Part shown: piece by piece, positions 8,798 to 22,624 of the stretch | Numbering within the stretch: the stretch's first letter is position 1 | How the letters are laid out: each line of letters starts with the position of its first letter | Assembly (NCBI GenBank): GCA_965261005.1 | Contig: OZ253376.1 | Coordinates: 160,001-224,000, forward strand | Direction of reading: 5' to 3' | DNA: 64,000 nucleotides | From: Deinococcus sp. | GTDB taxonomy: Bacteria; Deinococcota; Deinococci; Deinococcales; Deinococcaceae | Notes under the pieces: model-generated | What the model saw: only the letters and a program-made list of their open reading frames with translations | The model's database searches: none | Told to the model about the DNA's origin: nothing | Translations under genes and position numbers: made by a program

Positions 8798-11170
8798 CTA
8801 CGCACTGGCCGGTGCGGGCGCGCGCCCGGCGGCCCGGGCGGCGTCGGCGGCAAGCAGGCGGTCGATGCGAAACGGCAGGGCGGTGAGCCGCAGGCCCGTC
8901 GCGTGAAAGATGGCGTTGCCGATGGCGGCGGCGGTGCCGACCCCGCCGATTTCGCCCATGCCCTTGATGCCCAGCGGGTGCGCGCGCGTGTCGTCCTCGT
9001 CGATGATGATCGCCTCGATGCCGCGTACGTCGGCGTTGGTAGGCACCAGCGCTTCGCCCAGGCTGCGGTTCATCCACTGCCCGCTGCGCCCGTCCATGGC
9101 GCTTTCCTCGAACAGCGCTTGGCCCAGGCCCCACACCATTGATCCCAGCAGCTGGCTGCGCACCAGCAGCGGGTTGATGGCCCGCCCGCCTGCGAAGGCC
9201 CCCACCAGCCGCTCAACCTGCACGTGCAGCGTGTCGGGATCGACCAGCACCTTGGCGAACTGCGCGCCGAAGGTCTGGCGGCCATATGAGCGGCTGCTCG
9301 GATCGGGGCCGGTGACGGCGTGCTGCTCGATGTGCCCCGCGGGGTGACGCGCCATCACGTCGGCGACGGACGCCCCCGGCCCGTTCGGCGCGACGATCCG
9401 CCCGTCCACCACGTCAAGCTGGTCTTGCTTCAGGCCGCGCAGCGGGGACGCCGCATCGCCCGCCACGAAGTTCAGCAGCGCCGCCCTCACCGCCCGCGCC
9501 GCGTCGAAGATGGCGGCGCCGTTGGTCAGCGTCGCCATTGAGCCGGTGGCCATCCCGCCGTACGGCAGCGCCGTGTCGCCGAACTGGAGCGTCACATTGC
9601 CCAGCGGTAGGCCCAGCGCGTCGGCGGCGATCTGGGTCATGGCGGTGGCCGCGCCCTGGCCGATTTCGTGAAGGGCGGTCTGTACGGTCGCGCGCCCGTC
9701 TGCTGTCAGGATCACGCGCGCCGCGGCGGGCATTTGCAGCGCCGGATACACCGAGGTCGCCACGCCGTACCCGACCAAGGCGCGGCCCTCGCGCATTGTG
9801 CCGACGCCGAGGTCGCGCCCGAACCAGCCGATGCGCTCGCCGGCGACCTGATAGCACGTTCTCAGCGACTTGGACGACCACTCGTGGCCGGTGTCGGGTT
9901 CGACCTCGGCGTAGTTGAGCAGCCGGAACTCCAGCGGGTCGTGGCCCATCTGGTGGGCCAGCACGTCCACCGCAGTTTCCAGCGCGAATTGGCCCAGGGT
10001 GGCCCCCGGCCCACGCATCCAGCCCGGAGCGCCGGTGTCGAGCCGCGCCGACTGGGTGTGAACGCGCAGGTTGGCGCAGGCGTAGGTTTTGCTGACGGTC
10101 TCGCCCATGGCCTCGACGTACTGGCCGCCCGCCCCCTGCGCGGTGAGCGCGTCTTGAATCAGCGCGCGCAGCTTGCCGTCAGCCCCCGCGGCGAGGCGTA
10201 GCCGCTGGCGGCTCTGCCCGCGAAACGGCATCATCGTGAACACCTGCGCCCGGGTGAGCACCAGCTTGACCGGGCGCCCGGTCAGTTTGGCCGCCATCGG
10301 CGCGAGCAGCAGGTGGATGTTGCCCGTCTTGCTGCCAAAGGCGCCGCCCGCCAGGGTCGAGATCACGCGCACTTTGCGGTCGAACTCAAGGCCGTGCAGC
10401 ACCTGGTCCACCGGGGCCGGCAATTGGCCCTGCGCGCCGAGGCCGAAGGCCTGCCCCAGAATGCTCGCGTCGCCGTAGCTGAATTGGGTGGGCAGGTGTA
10501 CGGTCAGTCCACCGTCCTCGTCCCAAGCGGCGACCACCGCGCCCGGCTCCATCGCGTTGTGGTGGTGCGGCGCGCTTTCGACGGTCAAGTCGAGCTGATG
10601 GACGGCGTCTTTAAAGGCCGCTTCGGGGTGACCGACCTCGACTTGCCCCGGCTCGCCGGGGCCGACCTTCTCGGCGTCCCGCGCGCGGTCGAGGCCTTGG
10701 CCGAGCAAAAAGGCTCCGGGCGCTTCGGGGGCCGAGTAGTGTACGCGGACGAGCGCCGCCGCGGCGCGGGCGTGCTCCAGTGTGTCGGCGATGAGCAGCG
10801 CGACGCACTGCCCCCCGTAGTGCACCGCGCCGTCTTGCAGCGGCAGCAGGTCGCCGATCTCGGTGCCGGTAAACGACACGACCTTGTGCAGCCGGGGCGC
10901 GTTCTCGTGCGTCATCAGCAGCCGCACGCCGGGCGAGGCCAGCGCCTCTCGCCCGTCGATGGCTGCGACGCGCCCGCCCGACTGGGTGCTGGTGATCGCG
11001 ACCGCAACGTCGATAGCAGCGTGGTCCCCGATTGTGGCGGCGTTGAGGTCGCCCGCGTAGCGGACGCGGCCCGTGACCTTGTCGCGCCCCTCGACCCGCC
11101 TGGGCGCGCGGGCGATGGTCTCGTCGGAGAGCACGCGGGGTGGGGTCGGGTGGTCGGGTGTGTTGGACAT
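8798..11170 (-). CDS. yagR: Xanthine dehydrogenase-family molybdopterin-binding subunit (YagR/PaoC-like)
   Basis: 'RVEGRDKVTG', 'HNAMEP', 'GGAFGSK', 'WMRGPG', 'KGMGEIG'. Confidence 0.88.
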   Translation of the reverse strand: MSNTPDHPTPPRVLSDETIARAPRRVEGRDKVTGRVRYAGDLNAATIGDHAAIDVAVAITSTQSGGRVAAIDGREALASPGVRLLMTHENAPRLHKVVSFTGTEIGDLLPLQDGAVHYGGQCVALLIADTLEHARAAAALVRVHYSAPEAPGAFLLGQGLDRARDAEKVGPGEPGQVEVGHPEAAFKDAVHQLDLTVESAPHHHNAMEPGAVVAAWDEDGGLTVHLPTQFSYGDASILGQAFGLGAQGQLPAPVDQVLHGLEFDRKVRVISTLAGGAFGSKTGNIHLLLAPMAAKLTGRPVKLVLTRAQVFTMMPFRGQSRQRLRLAAGADGKLRALIQDALTAQGAGGQYVEAMGETVSKTYACANLRVHTQSARLDTGAPGWMRGPGATLGQFALETAVDVLAHQMGHDPLEFRLLNYAEVEPDTGHEWSSKSLRTCYQVAGERIGWFGRDLGVGTMREGRALVGYGVATSVYPALQMPAAARVILTADGRATVQTALHEIGQGAATAMTQIAADALGLPLGNVTLQFGDTALPYGGMATGSMATLTNGAAIFDAARAVRAALLNFVAGDAASPLRGLKQDQLDVVDGRIVAPNGPGASVADVMARHPAGHIEQHAVTGPDPSSRSYGRQTFGAQFAKVLVDPDTLHVQVERLVGAFAGGRAINPLLVRSQLLGSMVWGLGQALFEESAMDGRSGQWMNRSLGEALVPTNADVRGIEAIIIDEDDTRAHPLGIKGMGEIGGVGTAAAIGNAIFHATGLRLTALPFRIDRLLAADAARAAGRAPAPASA

Positions 11171-11180
11171 CGGTTTTCCC

Positions 11181-12194
11181 TCAGGCGATGCGCTTGTCGA
11201 CGTTGGACTGCGGCGTGGCGTCCGCCGCCTGGAAAAGTGCGCGGACGATCGTGCGGCGGGCAAGGTCGATCTTGAAGTCGTTGTCACCCTGCCCAACTGC
11301 GCCCGCGAGCAGGCGCTCGGCGGCGGCGCCGAAGGCGTCGTCCGTGGGCGACTCACCCCGCAGCAACGCCTCGGCCTCCGGGACGCGCCAGGGTTTGTGC
11401 GCCACCCCGCCCAGCGCGACGCGGGCCTCGCGAATCACCCCTTCTTCGACGTGCATGACCACCGCCACCGACACCAGCGCGAAGGCGTACGACTGGCGGT
11501 CGCGCAGCTTCAGGTAGGTGTAATGGTCGGGAAACACCTCGGCGGGCAAGTCGATGGCCGTCACCACCTCGCCCGGTTGCAGCGTGTTGTCCTTCCACGG
11601 TTCGTCGCCGGGCAGGCGGTGGTAGTCGGCGAAGAGAATCGTGCGCTCGCCGTCCGGCCCGCAGACTTGCACCCGCGCCCCCAGCACGGCCAGGGCCACG
11701 CACATGTCCGACGGGTGGGTGGCGATGCACCGCGCGCTGGCGCCCAAGATGGCGCCAGCGCGATTGACCCCGCCGATGGCGCCGCAGCCCGAATTCGGCT
11801 CGCGCTTGTTGCACGGCGCGCCCGCGTCGTAGAAGTAGAGGCAGCGGGTGCGCTGGTTGAGGTTGCCGCCGTTTGTGGCGGCGTTGCGCAGTTGCGGGCT
11901 GGCCCCGGCCAAGATGGCGCTCGACAGCAGCGGGTAGCGCTCCCGCACGCGCGAATCGTAGGCGGTGTCGGCGTTGGTCGCGAGGGCGCCGAGCCGCAGC
12001 CCGCCGCCGTCCAACTCGGAAATGGCGCGCAGGGAAAGGCCGCCCACGTCGATGAGCCGGCCTGGCCGCTCAACGTCATACTTCATCAAATCCACCAGGT
12101 TGGTGCCCCCGGCGATAAAGTGGGTGGCCTCACCCGCGCCCTCGCGGACGGCGGCGTCCACGTCCTGGGCGCGCAGATAATCGAAGGGCCTCAC
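11181..12194 (-). CDS. yagS: FAD-binding subunit (YagS/PaoB-like)
   Basis: 'FIAGGTNLVDLMK', 'GASPQLRNAATNGGNL', Cys-rich insert 'RCLYF...CNKR...GC'; GTG overlaps the upstream stop. Confidence 0.88.
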   Translation of the reverse strand: MRPFDYLRAQDVDAAVREGAGEATHFIAGGTNLVDLMKYDVERPGRLIDVGGLSLRAISELDGGGLRLGALATNADTAYDSRVRERYPLLSSAILAGASPQLRNAATNGGNLNQRTRCLYFYDAGAPCNKREPNSGCGAIGGVNRAGAILGASARCIATHPSDMCVALAVLGARVQVCGPDGERTILFADYHRLPGDEPWKDNTLQPGEVVTAIDLPAEVFPDHYTYLKLRDRQSYAFALVSVAVVMHVEEGVIREARVALGGVAHKPWRVPEAEALLRGESPTDDAFGAAAERLLAGAVGQGDNDFKIDLARRTIVRALFQAADATPQSNVDKRIA

Positions 12195-12718
12195 GCCCGT
12201 TCCTCCTGCCCGAGCACGTCCAGCACCGCGTCGGCGATGCCGTGGTAGGCCCCGCAGCGGCACAAGTTGCCGCTCATCAGCTCGCGCACCTCGTCGCGGG
12301 TGCGGGCGTGCCCCTCGCGAATCAACCCCACGCCCGAGCAAATCTGGCCGGACGTGCAGTAGCCGCACTGAAAGGCGTCGTGCTCGATGAAGGCCGCTTG
12401 CAAGGGGTGCAATTCGTCGCCGCCCGCGAGGCCCTCGATGGTAATCACCTCGGCGCCGGGCCGGGTGACCGCCAGGACCAGGCAGCTGTTCACCCGCGCG
12501 CCGTCCAGCAGCACGGTGCAGGCCCCACATTGGCCGTGGTCGCAGCCTTTCTTGGTGCCGGTGAGGTCGAGCCGTTCACGCAACAAGTCCAGCAGCGTCG
12601 TCCACGGCTCAACCGCCAGCTGGTGCTCGTGGCCGTTGACGGTCAGCGTCAACGGCACGGCGTGGGGACTCAGGTTCACGCTCATGGGCAGGTCGTTGTG
12701 GTTGATCCCGGACGTCAT
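12191..12718 (-). CDS. yagT: 2Fe-2S subunit (YagT/PaoA-like)
   Basis: 'GTKKGCDHGQCGAC', 'QCGYC', 'NLCRC'; AGGAGG RBS. Confidence 0.9.
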   Translation of the reverse strand: MTSGINHNDLPMSVNLSPHAVPLTLTVNGHEHQLAVEPWTTLLDLLRERLDLTGTKKGCDHGQCGACTVLLDGARVNSCLVLAVTRPGAEVITIEGLAGGDELHPLQAAFIEHDAFQCGYCTSGQICSGVGLIREGHARTRDEVRELMSGNLCRCGAYHGIADAVLDVLGQEERA

Positions 12719-12976
12719 AACCGCCTCCTGAAGGGAGCCTGCCGCGCGGGCACACGGTAAGCCGCAAGTGCGCCGGGCGAATCGGCACGAGGTACTCCGC
12801 GAGGTTGTCGTTCGGGGGACGCGCCCGGCGCGGCGAGAACGGCGAGGGGAATCAAGAACGGTGGAAGCGTCCCGCGCATCGGCCCTCCAGGTACGCCGCC
12901 CAAGACGGGGGGTGACGAACGGCAGACCGGCCACGACCCAGAAGGGCGCCCGGCCCCTCCAGTAGGAGCGGTCTTC

Positions 12977-13201
12977 TCAATCCGACGGGGACGAATTCTT
13001 TTCTTGCGCCTGCGGCATGGTAAACACTTGGTCGGCGCGACCGAAGCCGCCGTCCTTGATTTCCTCGATCAGCACCATAGTGTAGGGCCGCACGCCCTCG
13101 CCGAAGTACTCGGCGAACAAGTCGGTGGTGCGGTGAATGATTTCCTCTTTCTGCGCTTTGGTCAAGCCGCGCTCGGGCACCTTGTAGTTGGCAAAGGGCA
13201 T
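12977..13201 (-). CDS. 4-oxalocrotonate tautomerase family protein
   Basis: 74 aa, Pro directly after Met, 'QKEEII', 'VLIEEI..GGFG'; GGAGG RBS. Confidence 0.8.
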   Translation of the reverse strand: MPFANYKVPERGLTKAQKEEIIHRTTDLFAEYFGEGVRPYTMVLIEEIKDGGFGRADQVFTMPQAQEKNSSPSD

Positions 13202-13414
13202 ATCAATACCTCCGGTAGTATGAGATTCGGTGAGACTCAGGCGGCGGCTTTGGACTGACTGACGGCGGGACGCGGCAACCCTGTGAAGGGGCGCAGGAAC
13301 CCGTCGCGCGTCCGGTCATGGGTCAACCCCTTCCGCGAATGCGCTCAAGCAGCGTTTCATTCGGGTTCCAAGAGACGTTCGCCGTGTCCGAACACTGCTT
13401 CACGTTAAGCTGGT

Positions 13415-13442
13415 GAATGGCAAATGTCAATTTTTGTCATTC
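13415..13442. promoter_or_regulatory. Imperfect palindrome, candidate TetR operator
   Basis: GAATGGCAAA-N8-TTTGTCATTC upstream of the TetR gene in a divergent spacer. Confidence 0.45.
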
Positions 13443-13551
13443 CACCGTTTCAGCGGCCATGTCCGACACTACTTGTGTGAGCTTGTATGCTGATCGATGC
13501 GCCTTGGCGGATCGCCGCCACGCCGCTCGCCCAAACGATTGCGAAACTCCT

Positions 13552-14169
13552 ATGATCCCGCCGCGTGTCACCAATGTAACTGCAACCGAATCGCCCTCCG
13601 AGCGCATTCTCGACGCCGCCGAGGCGCTGATCCGCCGTCATGGCCCCGCCAAGGTCACGGTCATGGACGTGGCCCGCGCGCTGGGCATGAGTCACAGCAA
13701 TGTGTACCGGCACTTCGCGAGCAAAGCCGCGTTGCGCGAGGCGGTGGTCGAGCGCTGGCTGCGCGCCATCGAGGCGGAACTTCTGGAAGCGCCCGCGGAA
13801 GGCGGGGCCGCCGAGCGGCTCCGGGCGTGGTTGCGCGCGTTCGCAGCCGCCAAGCGCGCGCGCCAGCGGCGAGACCCGGAGTTGTTCGCCGCCTACGCCC
13901 TGCTCGGCGACGAGCAGCAGGGCGCCGTGGTCCGCCACCACCAAGCCCTCGTCGCCCAGCTCGTGGCGATCCTGACCGCCGGTATAAACGCGGGCGACTT
14001 TGCGCCCCAGGCCCCAAATGTGGCCGCGCGGGCCGTGCTCGACGCCACCTCGGCGTTCCACGACCCGCATTGCGTTCCGAACGCGGCGGCGGACCCGAAC
14101 GGTCCGGCGCGCCTGGAGGCCGTCATTGAGTTGCTGGTGGTTGGCCTCAAGGCGCGCGAGGCGCACTGA
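13552..14169 (+). CDS. TetR family transcriptional regulator
   Basis: HTH 'VTVMDVARALGMSHSNVYRHFASK'; start approximate. Confidence 0.85.
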   Translation: MIPPRVTNVTATESPSERILDAAEALIRRHGPAKVTVMDVARALGMSHSNVYRHFASKAALREAVVERWLRAIEAELLEAPAEGGAAERLRAWLRAFAAAKRARQRRDPELFAAYALLGDEQQGAVVRHHQALVAQLVAILTAGINAGDFAPQAPNVAARAVLDATSAFHDPHCVPNAAADPNGPARLEAVIELLVVGLKAREAH

Positions 14170-14651
14170 CATTGCCCTGCACTAACGCCGCCCTCGCCGC
14201 ACGTCGTCGCGGGGGTTCTGGCAACTCAACCCGGTGGGCCGGTGAGCTGTGACTTATCTTAAGAGCGTATGGTCTACGGTCGCAGCGGACGGCCCCTGCT
14301 CACCGCGCAGATTCGGGACCGCCGCGTGCAGGTGCAACACTACCTACACCGCTACATGTACCTGGTCCACGACGGCCAAATTCTAAACAATGAGCACCGG
14401 CTGCTGCTCAACCTGGCGCACTCTGGCTGGGCGGAACTAGCCGGACAGGCGATGTTTCAGCACACTCTCGGCACGAGTGAGGGCATCGCGCGGGTGATGG
14501 AACGGGGGGAAGGGTCGCCCCTCTGATGGGCGCACCTCAAATGGACGATCTCAAATTGGTACAGCCGCACCCGCTCCTTGCGCGTCAGTCCCGCTCAACT
14601 TCACCTCGTACTGCTTCTCTGGCGTCCCTCAGAAATTGCTTGACGGCGTAA

Positions 14652-16733
14652 TCAGCTGTCCGCTTCACGCAACACGGCGGCTCCGCTGGCCTCCAGCGTG
14701 AGGGAAGCGTTCACCTCGCGCCCGCTTAGCAAGTCGAGGGCGGGCGCGGGCACGCTCACCTCGGCCGGCTCGCCGTTGTGGTTGAGCAGAAACAGAAACG
14801 AGCCGTCCTCACTGCGGCGCCGCACGGCCTCCACGCCGGCGGGCGCCCCGAAGGTGGGCGCGATTCCCGCTTTCTCTAGAGCCTGGCCCAGAATCCAGCT
14901 TATCCCCGCTTCGTCCAGCCGCGTGCCCAGATAAAAGCTGTGTCCCCGACCGAAGGCGTGCTGGGTCACGGCGGGCTGCCCGGCGTAGAAGTCCCCCCCG
15001 AAGCTGGCGAGCGCCTGTGCCCCCTCGGGCACGATCAGGTCGGCCCACAGCTCGGAGGCGAGGCTTCGCCCCCCCGGCGTCACGACGGTGTTGGTGTGGT
15101 CCAGCGGGTAAGGGTCGAACTCCTCGACGCGCAGGCCCAGCACCCGGCGCAGCGCGGCCGGGTAGGCGCCCGGCGACCAAGCGTCCTCATGGGCGCTGCT
15201 TTGGTCAAGAAGCCGCAGCTGGTCGCGCTCGTCCACCAGGCCGCTGAAAAAGGACGTGACAAAGGTGCCGCCCCCCGCCACGTAAGCTTCGAGCTGCTGG
15301 TCGAAGCCGTCCCGCGTCAGGTACAAATTGGGGGCCAGCACCAGCTTGTAGCCTGAAAGGTCGGCGCCCGGCCGCGCGAAGTCCACCGCGACGTTCATGC
15401 GCCACAGCGGGGCGTAGTAGCCCAGCAATTGGTCCATCAGCCGCAGGTCCTGCGAGGGCCGCGCGTCCAGTTCGAGCGCCCACCAGCTGTCCCAATCGAG
15501 CAGCACGGCCACCTCGGCGGGCACCCGCGCGCCCAGGACCGGCGTGAGCTTGGCGAGGTCGGCCCCGAGTCCGGCCACCTCACGCCACACCCGGGTGTCG
15601 GTCCCGCCGTGTGGCAGCATGCCGCCGTGCCACTTCTCGGCGCCCGCCTTCGACTGGCGCCACTGGAAGAACATGACGCCGTCCGCCCCGCGCGCCACCG
15701 ACTGTAGGCTCCACAGCCGCATCACGCCGGGGCGCTTGGTGGGATTGCGCTCCCGCCACTGCACCGCGCCCGTCACCTGCTCCATCAAGACCCACGGCCG
15801 CCCGCCGCCGAGGGAACGCATCAAATCCGAGGCCATCGCCAACTCGGTGGGCGAGCTGGGGTCGGTCGGCTGGGGGTAGGCGTCGTTGGAAATCACGTCT
15901 TGACGCTCGGCCCACTTCCAGTAGTCCAGCGGCTTGAAAAAGCACATGAAGTTGGTCGTGACGGGAATATCGGGCGTGACGCGCTTGAGAATCTCGCGCT
16001 CCAACTCGAACAGGTCGAGCAGCGCGTCCGACGAGAAGCGCCGCCAATCGAGCTGCTGCGAGGGGTTGAGAAAGGTCGGTGCGGCGCGCGGCGGCTGAAT
16101 TTCGTCCCACTCGCCGTAGCGCTGGCTCCAAAAGGCGGTGCCCCAAGCGTCGTTGAGGGCGTCCAGGGTGGCGTACTTTTCCCGCAGCCAAGCCCGAAAG
16201 GCCCGTGCGGACGTGTCGCAGAAGCACTCGGCGACGTGGCAGCCGTACTCGTTGTTGACGTGCCACATGGCCAGGGCTGGGTGGTCCTGGTAGCGCTCGG
16301 CCAGCCGCGTGACGAGCTGACCCGCCGCCGCCTTGTAGGCCGGACCCGACGGGCAGTAGTGCTGCCGCGACCCGGTGCCCAGGGTCACGCCGTCCGCCGT
16401 GACCGGCAGACTTTCCGGAAAGCGCTTGGAGAACCACGGCGGCGGCGAGGCGGTGGCGGTCGCCAGGTTCACGAAGACGCCGTGGTCGTGCAGCAGGTCC
16501 ATCACCCGGTCGAGCCAAGCGAAGTCGTACTCGCCCGGCCGCGGTTCGAGTTTCGACCACGCGAAGATGCCCAGCGACACCAAGTTGACGCCCGCCTCCC
16601 GCATCAAGCGGGCGTCCTCGGCCCAGACCGACTCGGGCCACTGCTCGGGGTTGTAGTCGCCGCCGTAGATCGGGCGCGGCAGCTTGGGGGCGACCGAAAT
16701 GGGGCGGGTCTGCGGGATGGGTTCGGTGGTCAT
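14652..16733 (-). CDS. Beta-galactosidase, GH42
   Basis: 'YGGDYNPEQW', 'WHVNNEYG', 'LMEQ', 'EKWHG'. Confidence 0.93.
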   Translation of the reverse strand: MTTEPIPQTRPISVAPKLPRPIYGGDYNPEQWPESVWAEDARLMREAGVNLVSLGIFAWSKLEPRPGEYDFAWLDRVMDLLHDHGVFVNLATATASPPPWFSKRFPESLPVTADGVTLGTGSRQHYCPSGPAYKAAAGQLVTRLAERYQDHPALAMWHVNNEYGCHVAECFCDTSARAFRAWLREKYATLDALNDAWGTAFWSQRYGEWDEIQPPRAAPTFLNPSQQLDWRRFSSDALLDLFELEREILKRVTPDIPVTTNFMCFFKPLDYWKWAERQDVISNDAYPQPTDPSSPTELAMASDLMRSLGGGRPWVLMEQVTGAVQWRERNPTKRPGVMRLWSLQSVARGADGVMFFQWRQSKAGAEKWHGGMLPHGGTDTRVWREVAGLGADLAKLTPVLGARVPAEVAVLLDWDSWWALELDARPSQDLRLMDQLLGYYAPLWRMNVAVDFARPGADLSGYKLVLAPNLYLTRDGFDQQLEAYVAGGGTFVTSFFSGLVDERDQLRLLDQSSAHEDAWSPGAYPAALRRVLGLRVEEFDPYPLDHTNTVVTPGGRSLASELWADLIVPEGAQALASFGGDFYAGQPAVTQHAFGRGHSFYLGTRLDEAGISWILGQALEKAGIAPTFGAPAGVEAVRRRSEDGSFLFLLNHNGEPAEVSVPAPALDLLSGREVNASLTLEASGAAVLREADS

Positions 16734-17653
16734 GCGTTCTCCTTTACGGCGTCGCGCAGCCGCTCGCGGAACAGGGCGTCAAAGGCGGGCAGGTTCAAAT
16801 TCACGGCGACGCGGTGGGGCGCGGTCCCGCCCTCCTCGAACACGACGGTGCCGGGTTCGGGGGCGCCCAGGTCCACGCGGGCGCGCGCCGGTACAGTCCC
16901 GATCAGGTCGTCCCGAAAGGTGGACAGCGCCGTCAACGGATCGTACATCGGCGAGAAGTCGCGCCCGATCCAGCGAAACCAGACCGCGTGCAGGGCGGCG
17001 AGGGCCTCGACCAAGGAACCGCCGATCCCCCGCAGTTCCTCCAAGTCCGCCCGGGTCATGCGCGTCTGGACGCCGACGTTGTAGCCCACGATGGTCACCG
17101 GCAGGCCGCTCCTGAGCACCAAGTCGGCGGCCAGGGGATCGCAGGCGACGTTGTGCTCGCTTCGGGCGTTCCCTTGGCCGAAGCCCCCGAAGTCCGCGCC
17201 CATCCACACCACCCGCGCGAGCCGCCGGGTCGCCTCCGGGTGCAGCGTCAGTGCCAGGGCCAGGTTGGTGAGGGGGCCGATGGCGAGAAAGGTGAGCGGC
17301 TCGCCCCGTTCGGCGCCCCGCGCGGCGAGGTCGGCGATCAGGTGTGGGGCGCCGAGCGGGTGCGCGTCGCGCCGCCAATTCACGTCCGAGAGGTCGAGGC
17401 CCTCACCTTCGTAGCCGTCCCAGCCGCGCCACGGGACGTTCCCGAGCGGCAGGCCCGCGCCGACCGCGACGGGGGCCGGGTGCCCGAGAAGCTTTAGCAG
17501 CTTCAGGGCGATCTCGGCGCGCGTGAAGGTGTCGCCGCAGACGGTCGTGACCGCCCGCAGATCGAGTTCTGGCGCGGTCGCCGCGAGGACGAGGGCGTAG
17601 GCGTCGTCGATGTCGGTGCCGATGTCGGTGTCGAGCAGAATCGGCAGGATCAC
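16730..17653 (-). CDS. Nucleoside hydrolase (IUNH family)
   Basis: 'LDTDIGTDIDD', 'AIGPLTNLA', 'EHNVACDP', 'MYDPL'; start uncertain (17653 or 17746). Confidence 0.85.
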   Translation of the reverse strand: MILPILLDTDIGTDIDDAYALVLAATAPELDLRAVTTVCGDTFTRAEIALKLLKLLGHPAPVAVGAGLPLGNVPWRGWDGYEGEGLDLSDVNWRRDAHPLGAPHLIADLAARGAERGEPLTFLAIGPLTNLALALTLHPEATRRLARVVWMGADFGGFGQGNARSEHNVACDPLAADLVLRSGLPVTIVGYNVGVQTRMTRADLEELRGIGGSLVEALAALHAVWFRWIGRDFSPMYDPLTALSTFRDDLIGTVPARARVDLGAPEPGTVVFEEGGTAPHRVAVNLNLPAFDALFRERLRDAVKENA

Positions 17654-17755
17654 GGCCTGGCCCCCGGCCACCGATTGATCGTGGCGTTCAGCACGAGCGC
17701 CCGGCTCTCGTCCTGCCAAAGGTGACGTCGGCGGGCGGCAGATCACATAGGGCCA

Positions 17756-20642
<2,887 letters not shown>

Positions 20643-20713
20643 GGTTAGACTCCTTTCGACCTTTTTTCAAGGTCAGACACGCGAAACGAAACGGGAACGG
20701 AGAGCGCCCCGCC

Positions 20714-21583
20714 TCAGCCCTTGACGGCCCCGGCGATGGCGTCCACGAAGTAGCGTTGCAAAAAGAAAAACAGCAGCATGATCGGCAGAATGGTGATGAC
20801 GGCCCCGGCCGCGATCCAGGTCCACTGGGTCTGGTTCTCACCGATAAAGGCTTGCAGCCCCACCGCCAGCGTGCGCAGCTTGGGGTTGCCGATGGTGAAG
20901 ATCAGCGGGATGAAGAACGAGTTCCACGAGTACATGAAGTGAAACAGGCCCACGGTGGCGATCATCGGCGTGGCCTACGGCAGCGCGACCGACCAAAAGG
21001 TGCGCGGCAAGCTCGCGCCGTCAATCTGCGCGGCCTCCTCCAACTCCCTTGGCAGCGTCGTGAAGTAGCCGCTGAACAGAATGGTGTTGTAGATGATTGA
21101 CCCTGCGGTGACCACGATGATCACCGACCACAGCGTGTTGAGCAGCCCCAGCTTGTTCACCAGGTCGAACAGCGGCAAGATGGTGTAGCCGCCGGGAATG
21201 AAGAACAGCGCCAGCATCACGGCGATCACCGCCGCGCGACCCGGAAAGGTCGTGCGCGCCAGCACGTAGCCCGCCGCCGAGGACAGCAGGATGAGGAGGG
21301 CGGTGGACGCAGACGCGAACAGCACCGTGTTGAAAAAATAGGTGCCGAAGTTCCCCTTGCTCCAAGCGTCGGCGTAGTTGTGCCACTGCGGCGCGGCGGG
21401 CAGCACGCTCAGGCCGGCGGTGAAGAACTCGCCGGACGTCTTGAGCGAGCTGCCGACCATCCACAGAAAGGGAAAGATGTAAAAGGCGCCGACGGCGAGC
21501 AGAACGAGGTGCGTGAGCAGACCCCGGAAGCGCGTGATCGAAACGGGGGGACGGCTTGAGCGGGGCGTGGGCAGGACGGTCAC
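20714..21583 (-). pseudogene. Carbohydrate ABC permease (MalG-like) with an in-frame amber stop at 20975-20977
   Basis: Reads ...VALP*ATPMIATVG... in one frame; EAA motif 'ELEEAAQIDGAS' just before the stop. Confidence 0.8.
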
Positions 21584-22578
21584 GAACGGGCCTCCGTTTC
21601 CAGGCCGGGGCGGCGCACGCCCAAGAGGCGGTAGGCCAGCAGCTGCGCGCCGCTCAGCAGAATGGTCAGCAGCCCCATGAACAGCGCCGCCGCCGAGGCG
21701 AAGCCCACGTTGGCGTTTTGGCTGCCAAAGGCGTTGCGGTAGATGTAGGTGCTCACGACCTCGGTGCCCGACAGCAAGCTGGTCGCGCCCAGACCGCTGA
21801 GCGCCACCACCAACTCGAACACCCCCAGCGCCCCCATCACCGCCAGAAAGACGATCACCACGCCGGGGGCGCGCAGCATTGGCAGCGTGACGCGAAAGAA
21901 CTCCTGCCGGGCGGTGGCCCCGTCCATGCGCGCGGCCTCGTACAGCTCCTGCGGAATGCCCTGAAGCGCGGCCAGAAAGTACACCATGTTGTAGCCGATG
22001 CCGTGCCACACCCCGACCAGGGCGATCATCCACAGCGCCGTGCGCGGGTCGGAAAGCAAATTGAGCAGCTCACCCCGCCACAGCAGGCCCGCCCCTTGCA
22101 GCAGGTCGCTGAGCGGCTGGCTGAGGCCGGTGAAGATAAAGCCGATCACGATGCCCATCACCAGCTGCGACGTGACCGCCGGGCTGAAAAACAGCGCCCG
22201 GTAAAGGTTGCGCCCCCGCAGCTTGGGGTTGTTGAGCACCAGCGCCAACATCAGCGAGAGCAGCAGTTGCAGCGGCACGACCGCCAGCACGTACGCAAAG
22301 GTGTGGCGAAAGGCCGCCCAGAAAAACGAGTCCCGCGCCACCCGCCGGAAGTTCTCCAGCCCCACGTAGGCGCTCGGGGCGCCGATGCCGTTCCAGTTGT
22401 ACAGGGTGTACGGGTACGAGGCGATTAGCGGGTAGACCACAAAGGCGAGGACCAGCAGCACCGGGGGCGCCAGCATCAGGTACGACCAGCGGGCGGCGAC
22501 CAGGCGCGACCACAAGTTGGGGCGTCCGCGGGCGGGGGCGGCGGTCCTGGGACGGACGGAGTCGGCAGGCGTGGACAC
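21580..22578 (-). CDS. Carbohydrate ABC permease (MalF-like)
   Basis: 'YVGLENF', 'ELYEAARMDGA'. Confidence 0.9.
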   Translation of the reverse strand: MSTPADSVRPRTAAPARGRPNLWSRLVAARWSYLMLAPPVLLVLAFVVYPLIASYPYTLYNWNGIGAPSAYVGLENFRRVARDSFFWAAFRHTFAYVLAVVPLQLLLSLMLALVLNNPKLRGRNLYRALFFSPAVTSQLVMGIVIGFIFTGLSQPLSDLLQGAGLLWRGELLNLLSDPRTALWMIALVGVWHGIGYNMVYFLAALQGIPQELYEAARMDGATARQEFFRVTLPMLRAPGVVIVFLAVMGALGVFELVVALSGLGATSLLSGTEVVSTYIYRNAFGSQNANVGFASAAALFMGLLTILLSGAQLLAYRLLGVRRPGLETEARS

Positions 22579-22624
22579 GTGTACCTCTTGCGGGGAAGGG
22601 GCGCCGGGTAGGCGCCCCTGTCTC

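Noticed and set aside
14269..14526. 85-aa ORF between TetR and GH42
   Set aside because: No recognisable motif or clear RBS; possibly a remnant.
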